Shown: positions 38,989-51,543 of the stretch, in pieces
Layout of the letters: every line of letters begins with the position of its first letter
Position numbering within the stretch: the stretch's first letter is position 1
Assembly: GCF_009914755.1 (NCBI RefSeq)
Contig: NC_060925.1
Length of the DNA stretch: 64,000 nucleotides
Reading direction: 5' to 3' (one strand)
Origin: the human T2T-CHM13v2.0 reference genome, Homo sapiens
Program-made: the position numbers and the translations under genes
The notes under the pieces: model-generated
Database searches by the model: none
Told to the model about the DNA's origin: nothing
Seen by the model: only the letters and a program-made list of their open reading frames with translations

Positions 38989-40704
38989 CTACCTCACAGC
39001 TTTGGGCCTTCCAGCAGGAAACAGCAAAGGAAGAAAATGAGCCCAGGGTCAACAGGAAGAGGAAAGGAAAGGAAGTGAGGAGACCATGTGTCTACAGTCC
39101 TCAAGTGAGATAAGCACTGGGCTGGAACTTGGGGGACCTGAGTTTTAGCACTGGCCCCATCACTGCCCAGGGAGCCTTCAGTCTAGACCAGAGATTACAA
39201 ATAGGCATCCTGCTGGCTGATTCCAACCAGCAGATCTGTTTCTTTGATCTTCACAGTATTTTTAAGTAATTGATTTGGTTTCCAATATTTAAACTGGACT
39301 ATCTCACATAAAGTTTGGATTTGGGGCTTCTCCTGAAAAGTCAGGAGATCTAACACTGGGTCCACATTTCTAAAGGACAACACTCAGATGGAACTGAGTA
39401 GCAGTTGCCTGCTTTAGGCAGGGCATGTTCCCACCAGTTTACCGTAACTTCCCAAATCATGTATTGGTCATTTAAATGCCCGCTGGGCCTCTCTTTTCCA
39501 TTTGTGACCCTTGGTCTTGATAGAGAGAATGATCCCTCCATTGTCCCTTCTTCCAAATACAAGGAGAGAGTGGAAAGTATGCCAAAAAATAGAGCATGCA
39601 CTGTAATTATCTGTCATCAGGGGAGAAAAGTTGAACTAGTCCAGGCCTGAAACCACTTGTATACATAGGCTCAGATGCCTTCATGAAGGGAAGACTGTTC
39701 CTTTGAGGGATTGGGGGGAGAGAGTGTGTATAAATAATTTGTTTTTCAAGATTGTTCCCAGAAATCTTTCCAGTATTTGGGCATATTATTGTCTGTGGAG
39801 TAATCCCTTACCAAAAGCCAGAGTCTGACTGGCCATCAGGAGAGGAGCCACGGCTTCCAGGGAGCTGGAGCTGCAGAGTCAAGAAGTTTCATAATTTCTG
39901 GGGTTGGAACATTTAAATGTTTATTGCTAAACATGGGGCTAATACTCTGTCCCAGTTAGTCACAAGGCTAAAGCTGGTTCAAAGGGCATGTGTACTCAGC
40001 AGTCCTAAGGAAGGATGAGGGGGCCGGTGGAGCAAAGAAGGGAAACACAGCCTTCTTCTTTACTTTGCAGCAATGGTTTCTATAGGAGAGGATTTGGTTT
40101 TATCTGTGCTAGGTTCCACTGTTGTCTATGTGGCCTTGGATAAGTCTCTGGAGCTCAGTTATCTCTTGGAGTGAGTCAATGGTTATGGCCAGGGCAGACA
40201 TTCCCAAGTCCCTCTTCTGGCTTGAGATACAGTAACATACTATCTTTTGAAAGTCCCTATACTGACAACTCTAAAGCACATGTTTTGAGTTATTTTTCCA
40301 ACAGCGGGGATAGATTTACGCTTTTAATGCCCATTTTCACAACTGAGTTCTCTGGTGTGTCTGGTGCACTGCCAAGATGTAAGAAGCTAACAAAATCAAA
40401 GAGGATTCAGACCTATATCCTCATTAGCCACCTTAGCTCTGAGCTACTCAGAAAGATGACTTGCTGCAAAAATCTGCATTTTTAAGACTCATAGTTTGCC
40501 AGAGGGCCATGTTAGCTCAATTCCAAGGAATTCAAATACATTCCAGTGGGGTGTGTGTTGTATAGACCAGCTGTGTCATACATTTGGATGAGATGGGACA
40601 CCCCGAAGACTGCTCATTAGGGCCAGCTGGCACAGAACAGTCTGCTCACCCCTGAATAAGCTATCCACTGCCCCTTATGCCTAAAGGGGAATCCTTCAGA
40701 AGGG

Positions 40705-40935
40705 AACCTGCATTTATTGAGCATCACCTGTGTGTCGGGTGCCAGGTTAGGAGCTCTAGGCAGGTGGTTTCCCCCAGAATCCTTAGGAAGTGAACACTGT
40801 TATCCCCATTTTAGAGATGAGAAAGCTCAGGCTTAAAGAGGTAAGGTAACTTGCCCCTAATCACACAGCTGTAAGCAGCAGAGCTGGGATCTGAATCCCA
40901 CTCTACCTGGCTCCAAATCATGCACTCTTCTTGCC
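40705..40935 (-). mobile_element. MIR abutting DENND2D exon 8 donor
   Basis: tatccccattttagagatgagaaagctcaggcttaaagaggtaaggtaacttgccc. Confidence 0.72.
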
Positions 40936-40944
40936 ACATCATAC

Positions 40945-41122
40945 CTCTTCCATAGGGCTGTCCATGACCTCCTGCTGGAAGCGCATTTGTACTCCAACCA
41001 TGAAGGGGGTGGGGCAGCAGACGGTGGCCAGAAGGCTCTCAGGGACAACAGGGATGTAGGTGTGCGCCCAGCTGAAGGGGTAGAGCAGTGCGGCAGCAGC
41101 ATGGATGCACTGAGACAAGGTG
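40945..41122 (-). CDS. DENND2D: DENND2D exon 8, 178 nt (core DENN)
   Basis: ctgtcccag|CACCTTG...GAAGAG|gtatga; TLSQCIHAAAALLYPFSWAHTYIPVVPESLLATVCCPTPFMVGVQMRFQQEVMDSPMEE (DENN-type LYPFxW..YIPV and PTPFxxG motifs). Confidence 0.95.
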
Positions 41123-43382
41123 CTGGGACAGAGCACAGAGGATGAGAGTCAGGGGGCCCCTGCACCACCATGCTACACACCCCTCATCGCCCACCACCAA
41201 CAGCAGCTAGAGCAGTGCTGCCCATGCCCATGGGCAGAAAGGCAAGTCTGGGGGCCATGCTGGTCACAGAGCTTGAACGTACATTGCTGGGAGGGAGGGA
41301 CAGAAACTAGAGAGTCTGAGGCTTCACTATCAAGAAGGGCCTTGATTTGACCCTTCTTTTCCCAGTTAGTCTTCTCAACTTACTACTGGCCAAAAATAAA
41401 AGTGACTCTGAAGAGAAGAGGGAAGAAGAGTTGCTTTCATTCAAGGAGATAATTGATTGAGCCCCTAGCCTGTGCTCACAACTGTGAGCATACCTCACAG
41501 ATGTGGATACCAGGAAGAGTAAGACACTGACCCTGCTTTTAAGGAATTCACAGTGTAGTTAAGAGACAAACATGTAAACAAGCACTGGAGGCTCAGCCGA
41601 GAGGCAAAGCCTTTTTACCTCGCTATGTCTATCCACCCTCATCCCCAGCCTTTGCCCCCACACAGCCCCCTCTGGGCACACTCGAGGTTATTAAAGATTA
41701 CCAGGTTGCTGCCTGAGTAGCTTGGGAAATTCCCAGGTTCTAGGAACCTCTGCCCAGCAATTCCTACACGGAAAGTCCCACAAAGGTGCCTCCTCAAGAC
41801 TTTCCAGTGAAGCATTTCTCGTCACTCCTGCCCAAGTCACAACTTGGACCCTACTCCTCTCGCCACCACATACACACAGTCCCACTCTCTGTCTTTCTCT
41901 TTTATCCCCTGGCTTTCATGGCTCTTCTTTACTCCAGCCAAATTGCCTCAAAGTCAAGGCCAATAAAAGCACAGATGCGGGAATCCTTGTTTCAGTTCTG
42001 GGTTTCAAGCTGGCACTTCCTGAATTAGCAAAATTGAGTCTCTGAGAGGCTAGCTGACTGGAAGTCCCCTCCCTGTCCGAGCTTCAGGGAGCTGAAAAAC
42101 TCAGTGTGGGAAGGAAGTGGGGAGTGGTGGGATTTCCCTGAAGAAAGTAAACGTCTGAGAGGTGAATCCTGCCGACCTCCACTTCCCAAACACTGATCTG
42201 AGGAGGAAAGGCAGAATCCCAGCTCTAGCCACACAGGAATTTCTGGTTTCCATTCAAGGCTGGGAGTGAAAGAGCTATTTCCAAAGCAAAAGATGATGCC
42301 ACTCCCTTCAAGGATTACCTACAACTAGTTCCTCTTTGGTTATCACCCATTTTTACAGAATCTTCAACACAGAGACCCCACTGCTTGCCCAAGTTTCCTT
42401 TCCTCTGAAACCCATGGCATTCACCTGCCCCTCTGACTTCTGTTGAGTCCCTAACATCCTTTTCTTCTTCCCTAAAAGATAAAAGCAGGGTTGTCAACCT
42501 AAAATCACTGGTTTTCTCCCTCCCCAGATATGAATAGAAGGTCTACCCCTACCCCTACTGTTTTATGACTTCTTTCATTCTCCATTCTATTACATCTCCC
42601 CACGTCCTTCTCAGATCTGAAGCCCCTAAAAGGTAGAGACCATGGCACAATAGTACCCTGCTTCCACTATACACAGGGATATACTCAACTGTGAACTTAA
42701 GAACAGAAGCTAGCACTCAGCAATATGTGCTCAGCAGGGTGTTAGGTACCTAATGTGCATTATTTCATTTAATCCTCACCACAACCTTATGAGGTAATCA
42801 CAATCATTATTTCCATTTTTAAGAAGTTAACAAACTAACTTAATGGGAACCTCATAGCTAAAGGTAGAAGAACTGGATTTAAACCTCCTAATTCTGCTGA
42901 TTTCAATCCCTGTGCTTTCAACCAGTATGTAATTCCGCATCCCCTTCAGGTGAAGGACCTTGTCCTGTTTGTATCTTCCCAATGCTTGGCATCTGGCAAC
43001 CAGTTGACACACAATAAATGTTTGTTGAATGAGTATCTACCTCCTGCCCTGTTCTCCACCCTCCCTCAGCCTTGCAAGGGCAGAATCATGTCTGCATCCA
43101 CCCTAACTGGTCCCACCCAGGCTGTCCCAGGAATACTTCCTGTCCTTCCCCAAGCTAAGTCAGGAGCATTCCTCAGGCCCAGGCAGCAGTCCTGTGTGGA
43201 GGAAGAGGCAGTGGGGGTGGTTCAAAACAGCTGTTTCTCTTGGTTTAAAGAACAAGGAGCTAGAAACAGGAGGGTGGGCGCATGGACCCTACAGCCCATT
43301 TTCCTTGGATAACCTCCAGTCTGTTCCCTTGAACCCAGGGATGCTGGGCAGTTCAGGTGAGCCGTCCAGGGGCTGGGCCCAC

Positions 43383-43531
43383 CTGAGACCTTCCGCCAGG
43401 AAGATGATTTTTCTCTCCAGCACGGCAGAGGCAAAGATCTGAAGTATCTGTTCAAAACTGAGACAGTGCAATAGAGAACTAAAATCCACATGTTCTAGGT
43501 GGGAGTCCAGGGGCCGTGTCAGTGAAATGAA
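43383..43531 (-). CDS. DENND2D: DENND2D exon 7, 149 nt
   Basis: ttccccacag|TTCATT...CTCAG|gtgggc; FISLTRPLDSHLEHVDFSSLLHCLSFEQILQIFASAVLERKIIFLAEGL. Confidence 0.95.
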
Positions 43532-44720
43532 CTGTGGGGAAACCAGAGAGAGAGAAGGTGTCACTATACTGCAAGATCATGCAGACCCCGAGGTGCTAGG
43601 CCTCTACCAGCCTCTATTCCTTCTGCCCCCAGGAGTGAATCTGGCCCTGTCTCTCTGTCCCCCTGCTAATTGGCTGGAGGACAGCACTGATGTGATCTTG
43701 AGTATGGCCCATAATGTCCTGCACCCTCCCTCACTCGCCTCCCCGAGCACACGCCCCTCTCTCACTGTGCTTCACCACATGGGCTTCTGTTCCTTGAGCA
43801 ATCCCATCTTTCCTGCCTGCAGCCTTCACAGTGAGGGCCCTCCTCCTGCACTGCTCTGCTCCCTTCATTCTTACCCTCTTTCAGGTCACAGAGGCCCCCC
43901 TTTGGCCATGTGATACTTTCCCATCTTCTTATGTAGCACCCTGTTTTGTTTTTTTTTCTTTCATCACAGTTACATAATTTCTAATTCAACATGCACTGGT
44001 GTGTTTATTTAACATCTGTTCTCCCCACTGGACTTACAGCTCCAAAAGGTCAGGGACCACATTCATTTTGGTCACCACTGTATTCCCAGAAAATAGTATA
44101 GCTTGGCACACAGCAAGCATTAAGCACTTATTTTTTGAGAAAGTGAAAATTTCTAGCCTCTCCCCTTATTTTCCTGTGGGGAAGCCAAGGTTCAAAGGGG
44201 CACACAGACTATTCAGAGTTCCAGAGGACAGGACTGGAATTCTTAGAACAGTGTTCTACCTGCTGCCTCAGTGTGCTTGGTGCCTTAAAACGATAGCATT
44301 CCCCTGTGCATGGGTGGAGACTCGGAGGTGGGGATGGATGATAAGAAATGGACAGATGGACGCTGTAAGGTAGAGACAGGACAAACAAAGGAGAGTGGAA
44401 GGGGGGTAGCGGCAAGTGGCAGTCTGAGGGCTGAGGGAAAAGTCCTTTATAGCACCAGAAGCCTCAACTTACATGGTTTATTTATTATAAATAAAAGTCT
44501 TGGTGGCTTGAGCAGTAACTAGGTGCTTGTGGGTATCAAGTTAGAAGGATCAGAAAATCTGGGTTTGATTTCAGCTTTGTCCATTCTAACCAAGTCCCAG
44601 TCCCCATCTGGCTCAGTTTCTCTGTACTTTAACCTGGTTAATGGAAGAACAGTGGTGAGAGGTGCCACAGATGCCTACCCTCTCCAGCTAGGGAAGGTCT
44701 CACCCATTTTGCTAACCCAC

Positions 44721-44861
44721 CTCAGTGCCTGAGTCGGGGATGAAGCTCTTGAGAGTGACAGTCTTCCCAGGAGCAGGGAAGGCTGCCTCTCGGAGGCCCT
44801 GCATGAACGGGTAGATGACAGCCATGGAGATCTGATGTCTCTTCTCCACTTCATCCAGGAT
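44721..44861 (-). CDS. DENND2D: DENND2D exon 6, 141 nt
   Basis: ttccctgcag|ATCCTG...ACTGAG|gtgggt; ILDEVEKRHQISMAVIYPFMQGLREAAFPAPGKTVTLKSFIPDSGTE. Confidence 0.94.
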
Positions 44862-45980
44862 CTGCAGGGAAAAGAACCACGGGAGGCACGGCTCAAAGGG
44901 ACACTACCAGGCAGGTGGAAGAGACTCTACTTGCCCCTGAGCGTCATAATGTTCTCATACTGGTTCAGCTGATCCTCATGTATCTTCTAGGGCCCTCCAC
45001 GAACTGGTCCTCTCCCTCCCTGGCAGAGGCTGGGCTCATGCTAAATAATCTGCAGTTTATCTCCCACATAAGACCTGCCTTCTTCCAGCTTCCTTTTTAT
45101 TATCTCTCTACACATCCATATTCTTCCCCTCTCCTAACACCAACATAAAAGCACCTCCCTGGGAAGTCATCCCGGAGTAAACTCATCACCCATGATGGTA
45201 CCATGTCCACTCATGCTGGTTGGAGCAGGAGGCTAGAAGGCTAAGCCTCTTGGTACCACTCTGTCCTCCAACTCCCACTGTAGATTCCCGAGGTCAGAGA
45301 CTGCCTCCATCCCTAGGAGCACTGCACAAAGGAATGCTCTGCCCAAGCAAAAGCTGACAGAGTTTCCTCCCCTCCTCCTCCAAAGGTCCTGCTGGGGTCA
45401 GAGCATAATGAAGTCCTTTCTGGTCACCAGTGGATGGCATGGCCCCCATGGATTCTGCTCAAATTCTGTCTCAGATGCACTGGCACTCAAATTAGCTCCA
45501 AGAGAAGTCCTGGGGACCTCAACTGTTCTTCTACCCTTGAAGGAGTCAGAATGGGTCTTATAACTCCTTCATATTTGTTTAGTGCTCTGCCTTTTATAAA
45601 GAGTCTTCTCATATATCACCTCATTTAAGCCTCACGCCACCCAGTGAGATAGGAAGGTGAGATTATTATATCCATTCGACGGATGAGGAAATTGAAACTC
45701 AGGGCAGAAGTTTCTTCTGCTTGTCCTACTTCAACTACTTTCTTACTTGGCTAGAGTGGGAACAGTAGCTGTCTCTGCAAGAGGTCCAGTCCCCTAGATT
45801 CAATTTCCACTTTTCCCTTAAGTCAAGTGCATGCCCCTTTGCCTCAGTTTTCCCAAGTGTGCTTTAATGCTGACTCTGGCTATGGGAGAAGAGCTCCACT
45901 AAGAGCTTAGTTGCACAGGCAGGGTTGGCAGCCAGAGACAGCCTGGAATATGGGCAGGCCCTGAGGAATCCTATCCCTAC

Positions 45981-46058
45981 CTTGGAGAACAAGCCGAAGC
46001 AGCCGATGCAGCTGATGATGCAGTACACTTTGGGAAGGCGAGGGCCAGGGCCGGCAGG
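45981..46058 (-). CDS. DENND2D: DENND2D exon 5, 78 nt
   Basis: ccctccccag|CCTGCC...TCCAAG|gtaggg; PAGPGPRLPKVYCIISCIGCFGLFSK. Confidence 0.94.
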
Positions 46059-46724
46059 CTGGGGAGGGACAGAGAGGCTCCTTCAGTGCTGCAGCCTCCC
46101 CAAGGGCTTCTCCCAACTGGGTATGAAGGAGCACAAGGCTGAGGGCTGGGGAGGGGGATTTATGGGGAATGGTGGGTGCAGCAGGGAGGTCAGAATGGCC
46201 ACCAGCATCAAAAGAAGAAATCCTTGAGGGTACTGGGTGAGTTGGTGGGCAAGCGCTGCCACCTTCAGTGCCAGCACAATCTGGGGTCAGCAAAGAGGGG
46301 TAGCAAGTGTGCCTTAGAGATGAAGAAATGGCTAAGGAGGAAAGCACTGTAAAGGTGACTTGGGGAATCCTCCTGAGACCTAAGATTTGAAACTAATTGT
46401 CCAAGTCCCAGCCTCTGCTCTGGGAGGCTCCAGGGGCCAAGGTAAGCAGGCCTGGATAGAGCAGGCAGGGAGAGGAGTTAGTTGTATTGAAAGCCAGAGA
46501 GAGCACAGACCAGAGCCTGACCAGCAGGGGGAGAAGGGGCATCAGGTCCTCGTGCTTGTGGGGCTGCAGAGGGAGCACTAGCATGGCAGCAGGTCCTGGG
46601 CTGTGCTTTTTCTACAACCAGTGCTGCCAATAAGCCCGGAGTTTTGCAGCTCAGGCTTGAGCAAGCCCAGCCGTGGAGCTGAGCAGACTGCAGAAAGGAA
46701 GGGGCAGTTCTGAGCTGCACAGAC

Positions 46725-46794
46725 CAAGAGGCGCCTGCAGTATCCAATCTTTCTGCTCCCATCCACATTGGTCAGAACGAAGGAGAAGGTCTCC
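46725..46794 (-). CDS. DENND2D: DENND2D exon 4, 70 nt
   Basis: ttttcttag|GGAGACC...CTCTTG|gtctgt; ETFSFVLTNVDGSRKIGYCRRLL (uDENN FSFVLT..DG.R..GYC motif). Confidence 0.93.
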
Positions 46795-47434
46795 CTAAGA
46801 AAGAGCAGACAAGGCTTGATTTGTATTGCTCACTGAATCCTAAAACAGGAAAGTGGTCAGCACTAGAGGGTGGAGAGGAGGGCAAAGGGGAGTTGCTGAT
46901 TAATCACAGGAGTAAGGGCTCACTGGTGTCAGGCCCTAAACACATCATCTCATCTAATTGTCAAAACAACTCTTTGAGGTAGGTTCAGTAATTATTCCCA
47001 CTTTAAAGATGAAGGAACTGAGGCCAGAGGGTGCTTCTTATTCAAGGTCACTCAACTCATAAATAGTGAAGTCAAAGCTCAAGCAGTCAAATTCCAGGGC
47101 TCATGCTAGAAGGGCCTTTGCTACGTCGCCTTCTTGGAGGCTAACTGCTTTCTGCTAAGTCCAGCTTGGGCCAGTAGCAGAGTTAAAAGCAGCAACTATT
47201 GCTTCTAGGACAGGTGGGAGAATCTGGCTCTTTGGACAGAAGTGACTGATCAAACTGATAGCTCATATTCTTGGCCTTGAGGGACCCCAGGCCAGATGTT
47301 TTCAAACAAATCAATTACACTCCCAGGCCGAAAATCAACAAATGACAGCAGTGAGGGAGGCTACAGGAGCCACAGAACTCACACATGTTCCTTCTCCCCA
47401 AATCCAATACCCTTGCCCAGGGCTGAGCAATTAC

Positions 47435-47547
47435 CTGGGATACTCGGTGAGTGATGCCCACTCATTCCCATCTGGGAAGCAGAACAAGGGGATAGCTTTG
47501 AGCAGCCGCTCCTCCTCCTCCTGCTGACCCCGAAGCAGGTTCTCCCG
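47435..47547 (-). CDS. DENND2D: DENND2D exon 3, 113 nt
   Basis: ttgccttatag|CGGGAG...CCCAG|gtaatt; RENLLRGQQEEEERLLKAIPLFCFPDGNEWASLTEYP (uDENN FCFP motif). Confidence 0.94.
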
Positions 47548-48427
47548 CTATAAGGCAAAGGAAAAGACAAGTGGATGTGAAGCTGGGGGCAGAGATAGCA
47601 GGAGACAGCTTCAGAGCTGGTGGGCTTCCTTTGAGGCTCTAAAGCAGTCTAGGGTTAAGCTTCTCCACTAGCATAGGGGCGAAGGGTGCCTTTGCCCATG
47701 ACTCTGCACAGTTTGCATTCTGGGTCCAGTTGGAACAACTCCAAAGCTGAAACAGCCCCTCCTGGGTCAACTCTACATAAGCTTGAGTTCGACCTCAGTA
47801 TCGAGATCTACATAGAAAGGGGACAGGGCCATGTTGAATATAGAAAGGCCCTGAAATGGCCCAGGCCCCTGGGAGGACAACATCAGAGAGGTACCACATC
47901 AGAGAAGAGAAGCGGCCAGCTCAGTTGGCACACCTGCTAATGAGAAGGCTTCCCAACCCTCTACCTGGTGAAGGATCAGACAAGGAGTCTAATGCTTGGG
48001 CTCGGGCAGAGGGCTGTGCCTGCCCACCAGTTACAAGGCTGCCCCACTCTTTCCTTCCCACACATCCCAGAGAGGGGATTCATTCTAGGAGTTCTGGCAG
48101 AAGGTAAGCTTCTCTGCAGAGAAGGGTGACTGAAAATGGGATTTGGAAGACCTATCAGGTCCCCTAAAAGGCAAAATGTCTAGCCTAGTTTCCCTGCTAG
48201 GAAGCCTAGGTCAGTCCCTCACAAAGAAGTTAGACCTAGATTCTGTGGGTGATAACAGAGAACTGGGGCTGTGCTAAGAAGGAAATGGAGAGCAGTGAGC
48301 TCAGAGCTCAGGGCAGCTCCAGGCTCAAGCCCCGGTAGGGTAGGGAGAAGGAGGTGGAACCCCCACCCCTACCACCTTCCAAACACCCCAGTCCTCTGGC
48401 TGGCCCTGCCCCTCCTTCAGTCCTTAC

Positions 48428-48603
48428 CTTGGGAAATTGGTAGGTGATTATAGGCTCGTAATCATCCTCTGAACGCTTCTTTTTGAGAGAAACCACAAGA
48501 AGGTATTCAAAGAAGTGCTGCCCCCCAGCAAAGTTGGGCAAAGAGTGCTCCTGGGCCCTTTCTGGTTCCTTTAAAGCTTCCCCTGAATTGTCCTGGGGTG
48601 GTC
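48428..48603 (-). CDS. DENND2D: DENND2D exon 2, 176 nt
   Basis: gatttcag|GACCACCC...CCCAAG|gtaagg; PPQDNSGEALKEPERAQEHSLPNFAGGQHFFEYLLVVSLKKKRSEDDYEPIITYQFPK. Confidence 0.94.
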
Positions 48604-49197
48604 CTGAAATCAAGCCAGAGCCCATTTAGTATAATCTCATTGATCCATTCCTGGAGTGGAGTCTGTGAGAATCCGGGTGACCTCCACACCTCAAGGCCGC
48701 CTTGCCAATGCTGAGATACCTGGATACTGGCCAGAACCACCAGTCACTCAGGATCAGGGCCAAATGGGCAGTTTCCACACCTGCCCTGGTAGACTTGAAA
48801 CCATGGGGAGCCAAGCAGAGGAAAGAAACCACTGACACAGAAGCCACGGAAATGTGCTGGAGAGGCCACATGGAGGCCAAGGCCCCAGGGTACCACCGAG
48901 ACTGCCTAACCTGTCGGGTGCTTCTGGCAGTCCTGGAACAATACGGCCTGAGAGTTTAGTTCATACTAAGTGAATAAGAACAGGCTCAAAGGGCATGTGA
49001 CTGTGACCACACTAGCCCCACAGAGGGCATGACCAGCTCTTAAAAACCAGCAGAGGAAGCCTCCTGACCCAGTCACATGGGGAACCATGTGGAGGCCGAG
49101 ATATAAAGGAAGAGGAGGAAGGAGCATTTCAAGGAAGAAACAGTCCCGCCTAAGAGGGTCACCCTAAAAACAAGGAAGTAGGCAGTCCAGTCCTGAC

Positions 49198-49264
49198 CTG
49201 CTCGGAGTTGAAGCAGTCGGCGTTGGAAGAGCCTGAACACCCGGCCTACCACTTGTCCTTCCAT
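49198..49264 (-). CDS. DENND2D: DENND2D proximal first coding exon (471-aa isoform)
   Basis: gagATGG in good Kozak context; MEGQVVGRVFRLFQRRLLQLRA(G), donor CAG|gtcagg, phase 1; the 12 exons sum to 1416 nt. Confidence 0.9.
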
Positions 49265-51499
49265 CTCTGGGCCTTCAGGACAGAGCGGACTCCCCTCTCC
49301 CCTAACACAGACAGACTGGTGACAGTAAGCCTGAGAAAGGGGCTGCTTCGGTCTCCAGCCACAACTCTGTGAAGCCAAGCCACGCGCTGTCTTCCAGAGA
49401 GGGAATAGAAGTTTCCATCCTGTGCACCCAGTGGTTGAGCAAGAAGGATGTGACGGGACCCAGGAAGGCAGCAGAAGCCAGCACCAACAGAGTCAGCATC
49501 CTGGCACTGCAGCGCAGATCTCAGCTCCTCCCAAGAGCCCCAGGGTGTGGCGAGAGAAAAGGTCATGAGCAAACACCTCTGGCTGAAAGTAGCCGGAAAG
49601 GCCTGGCTACTTATGGGCTAAGGGTTTTGAATCTGGGCTGCAGATTGTGCAGAGAGTTAATTTACAACCTTAGAACAGTGGACAATGCTTGATAGTGTCA
49701 GACTGTGGGCACTGGAAACCGGCTGGTCTCAGGATAGGGATCCTATACCTCCAACACTTGGATTGCTGACCTTTCACTTCTCAACTTGGTCAACGGAAGT
49801 CAAAAACCCCAGCAAGGCCACCTGCTGAATTCTAGAACTTCCAGGACTTCCCGACCTAGAGCACATGGCCAAACACTTTCTGCAGCCAGGATGTCACTGC
49901 CCTCCCCTGATTAAGATAAATAGACTTGGCCTAATAATTATCCAAATAGATTAATTCTTCCAACAAAAGAAAGAGTTCTGGAAGTCAATACCCAATAGCC
50001 TTCTTTCCTGATGGTGCAGTAGAGAGCAAAATCCATCTCTAAGCCCAGAGTTCGTGATATTTTGGAAATAGCTACAATGGTGAATTTCACCCCCTGGAGA
50101 GTTCTGTCACTGGCACTTGTTCCAGGGTTCCAGCAGAGTCCCTCTTCTCAAATAGGAAGCACTGGCTCAGAAGACTGTCCCCAGCATAAGGTAGGGGACT
50201 GATTGCACCAGCAGCCTGAGGGTGATTCCATGGCAGTGGAAAACATCTGGGTGATCTCCACCCAACCCCCACGCCTGCTCAGCCTTCCTCCGGGTCAGGC
50301 CAGGTCAGCTGTTCTGCCCAAGCTACAGGCACAGCTGCTAGCCCACTGCTGTGTCTGGAGACTAGGTAAGAGAGAAGGAATAGCAAAAAAATCACCTTGG
50401 ATTCTCACAGAAACCCCTGAATGAGTAAATACAGGGAAGGCTTTTACCAGGAAGCTGCCTCAAAGGGAAAGCAGGGGGCAAAAGGGTTTGACGCCAGTGT
50501 TTGCCACTCCTGCTAAGAATAAGCACCCCTCTGGAAGAGAGTGGGGTGCTAGGATAGGGAAAACAGCTGCTTTGCTCCTAAGAGCTCTAGACCTGGCTTC
50601 TGTGGGACTAGAAAAAGCCAGGACTCACGGCCAAACTCATGTACAGTAAAGAAAGATGTTCAAATGCTGTAATGGGTGAGAAGAGCGAACTAGAACACTT
50701 GGAGCTGGCACCACACCTTACTTGCAAGCTGCACAGACTTGTTGCACAAGCCTTACCACCTGTTTGAGGAACAAGCATCTTCCTGATACAGATGGGGAAA
50801 CTGAGGCATAAAGTAATTCAAAGGCTATTAAAATTGACAGGATTTGTTGGGAATGGGGATTAGGAAAGCTCCAAATCCATGCTCCTGCCTTCTGGATGCA
50901 TTTGACATCAAATACCCCACAGAGGTTTTCAAAGGACATTGAGAAACAGAATCTTATCACTGATCATTCCAGATTCTAATGAAATTATGCCTTTCCCTAA
51001 ATCCTTTGGGCTGCGTTTTCAGATCATTTTCTTCTGCTTTATCAAGCAAGCCAAGAGAATAGCAAAATTAATAAATCATTGACAAAAGAAAGTAATTAGA
51101 CTTTTGGGATGAGGCCCAAGAAATGCAGCAAAAGACTGTTTTCTCCCCTCTTTCAAAAGGTGTTATCCACAGGAGAGAAAAGCGTAAGAGAAAACTAACC
51201 TCCATCAAACTCATGTTTCATATAAGGCATCTCATTTAATCTCCAGTGCCCTAGAAAGGAATTATTATTCAGAGTTTTAGTTGAGGAGGGAGCCACCCTT
51301 TCTAGGGAAGTCAGGAATCTGGTTACACTTGTTCCTCCACCAGAAAGCCTCTCCCACACACACCTGACTGAAGTCCCAGATCTGTCTAGAACATAGGTGA
51401 GGGGACCTTCTGGAACCTTGATCTGGGAAGCTGGCCCATCCCTTCCAGCTCAGCTGCTCTCAACCCAGGACCACCACCACATCACTCCTTGTCACCAGG

Positions 51500-51501
<2 letters not shown>

Positions 51502-51541
<40 letters not shown>
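51502..51541. repeat. (AC)20 microsatellite
   Basis: Perfect dinucleotide run between the two DENND2D first exons. Confidence 0.95.

Positions 51542-51543
<2 letters not shown>

Noticed and set aside
48604-48625. In-frame ATG 22 nt upstream of DENND2D exon 2 (MGSGLIS...) as a third N-terminus
   Set aside because: Overlaps the probable branch point (tactaaat), has T at -3, and there is no visible promoter evidence
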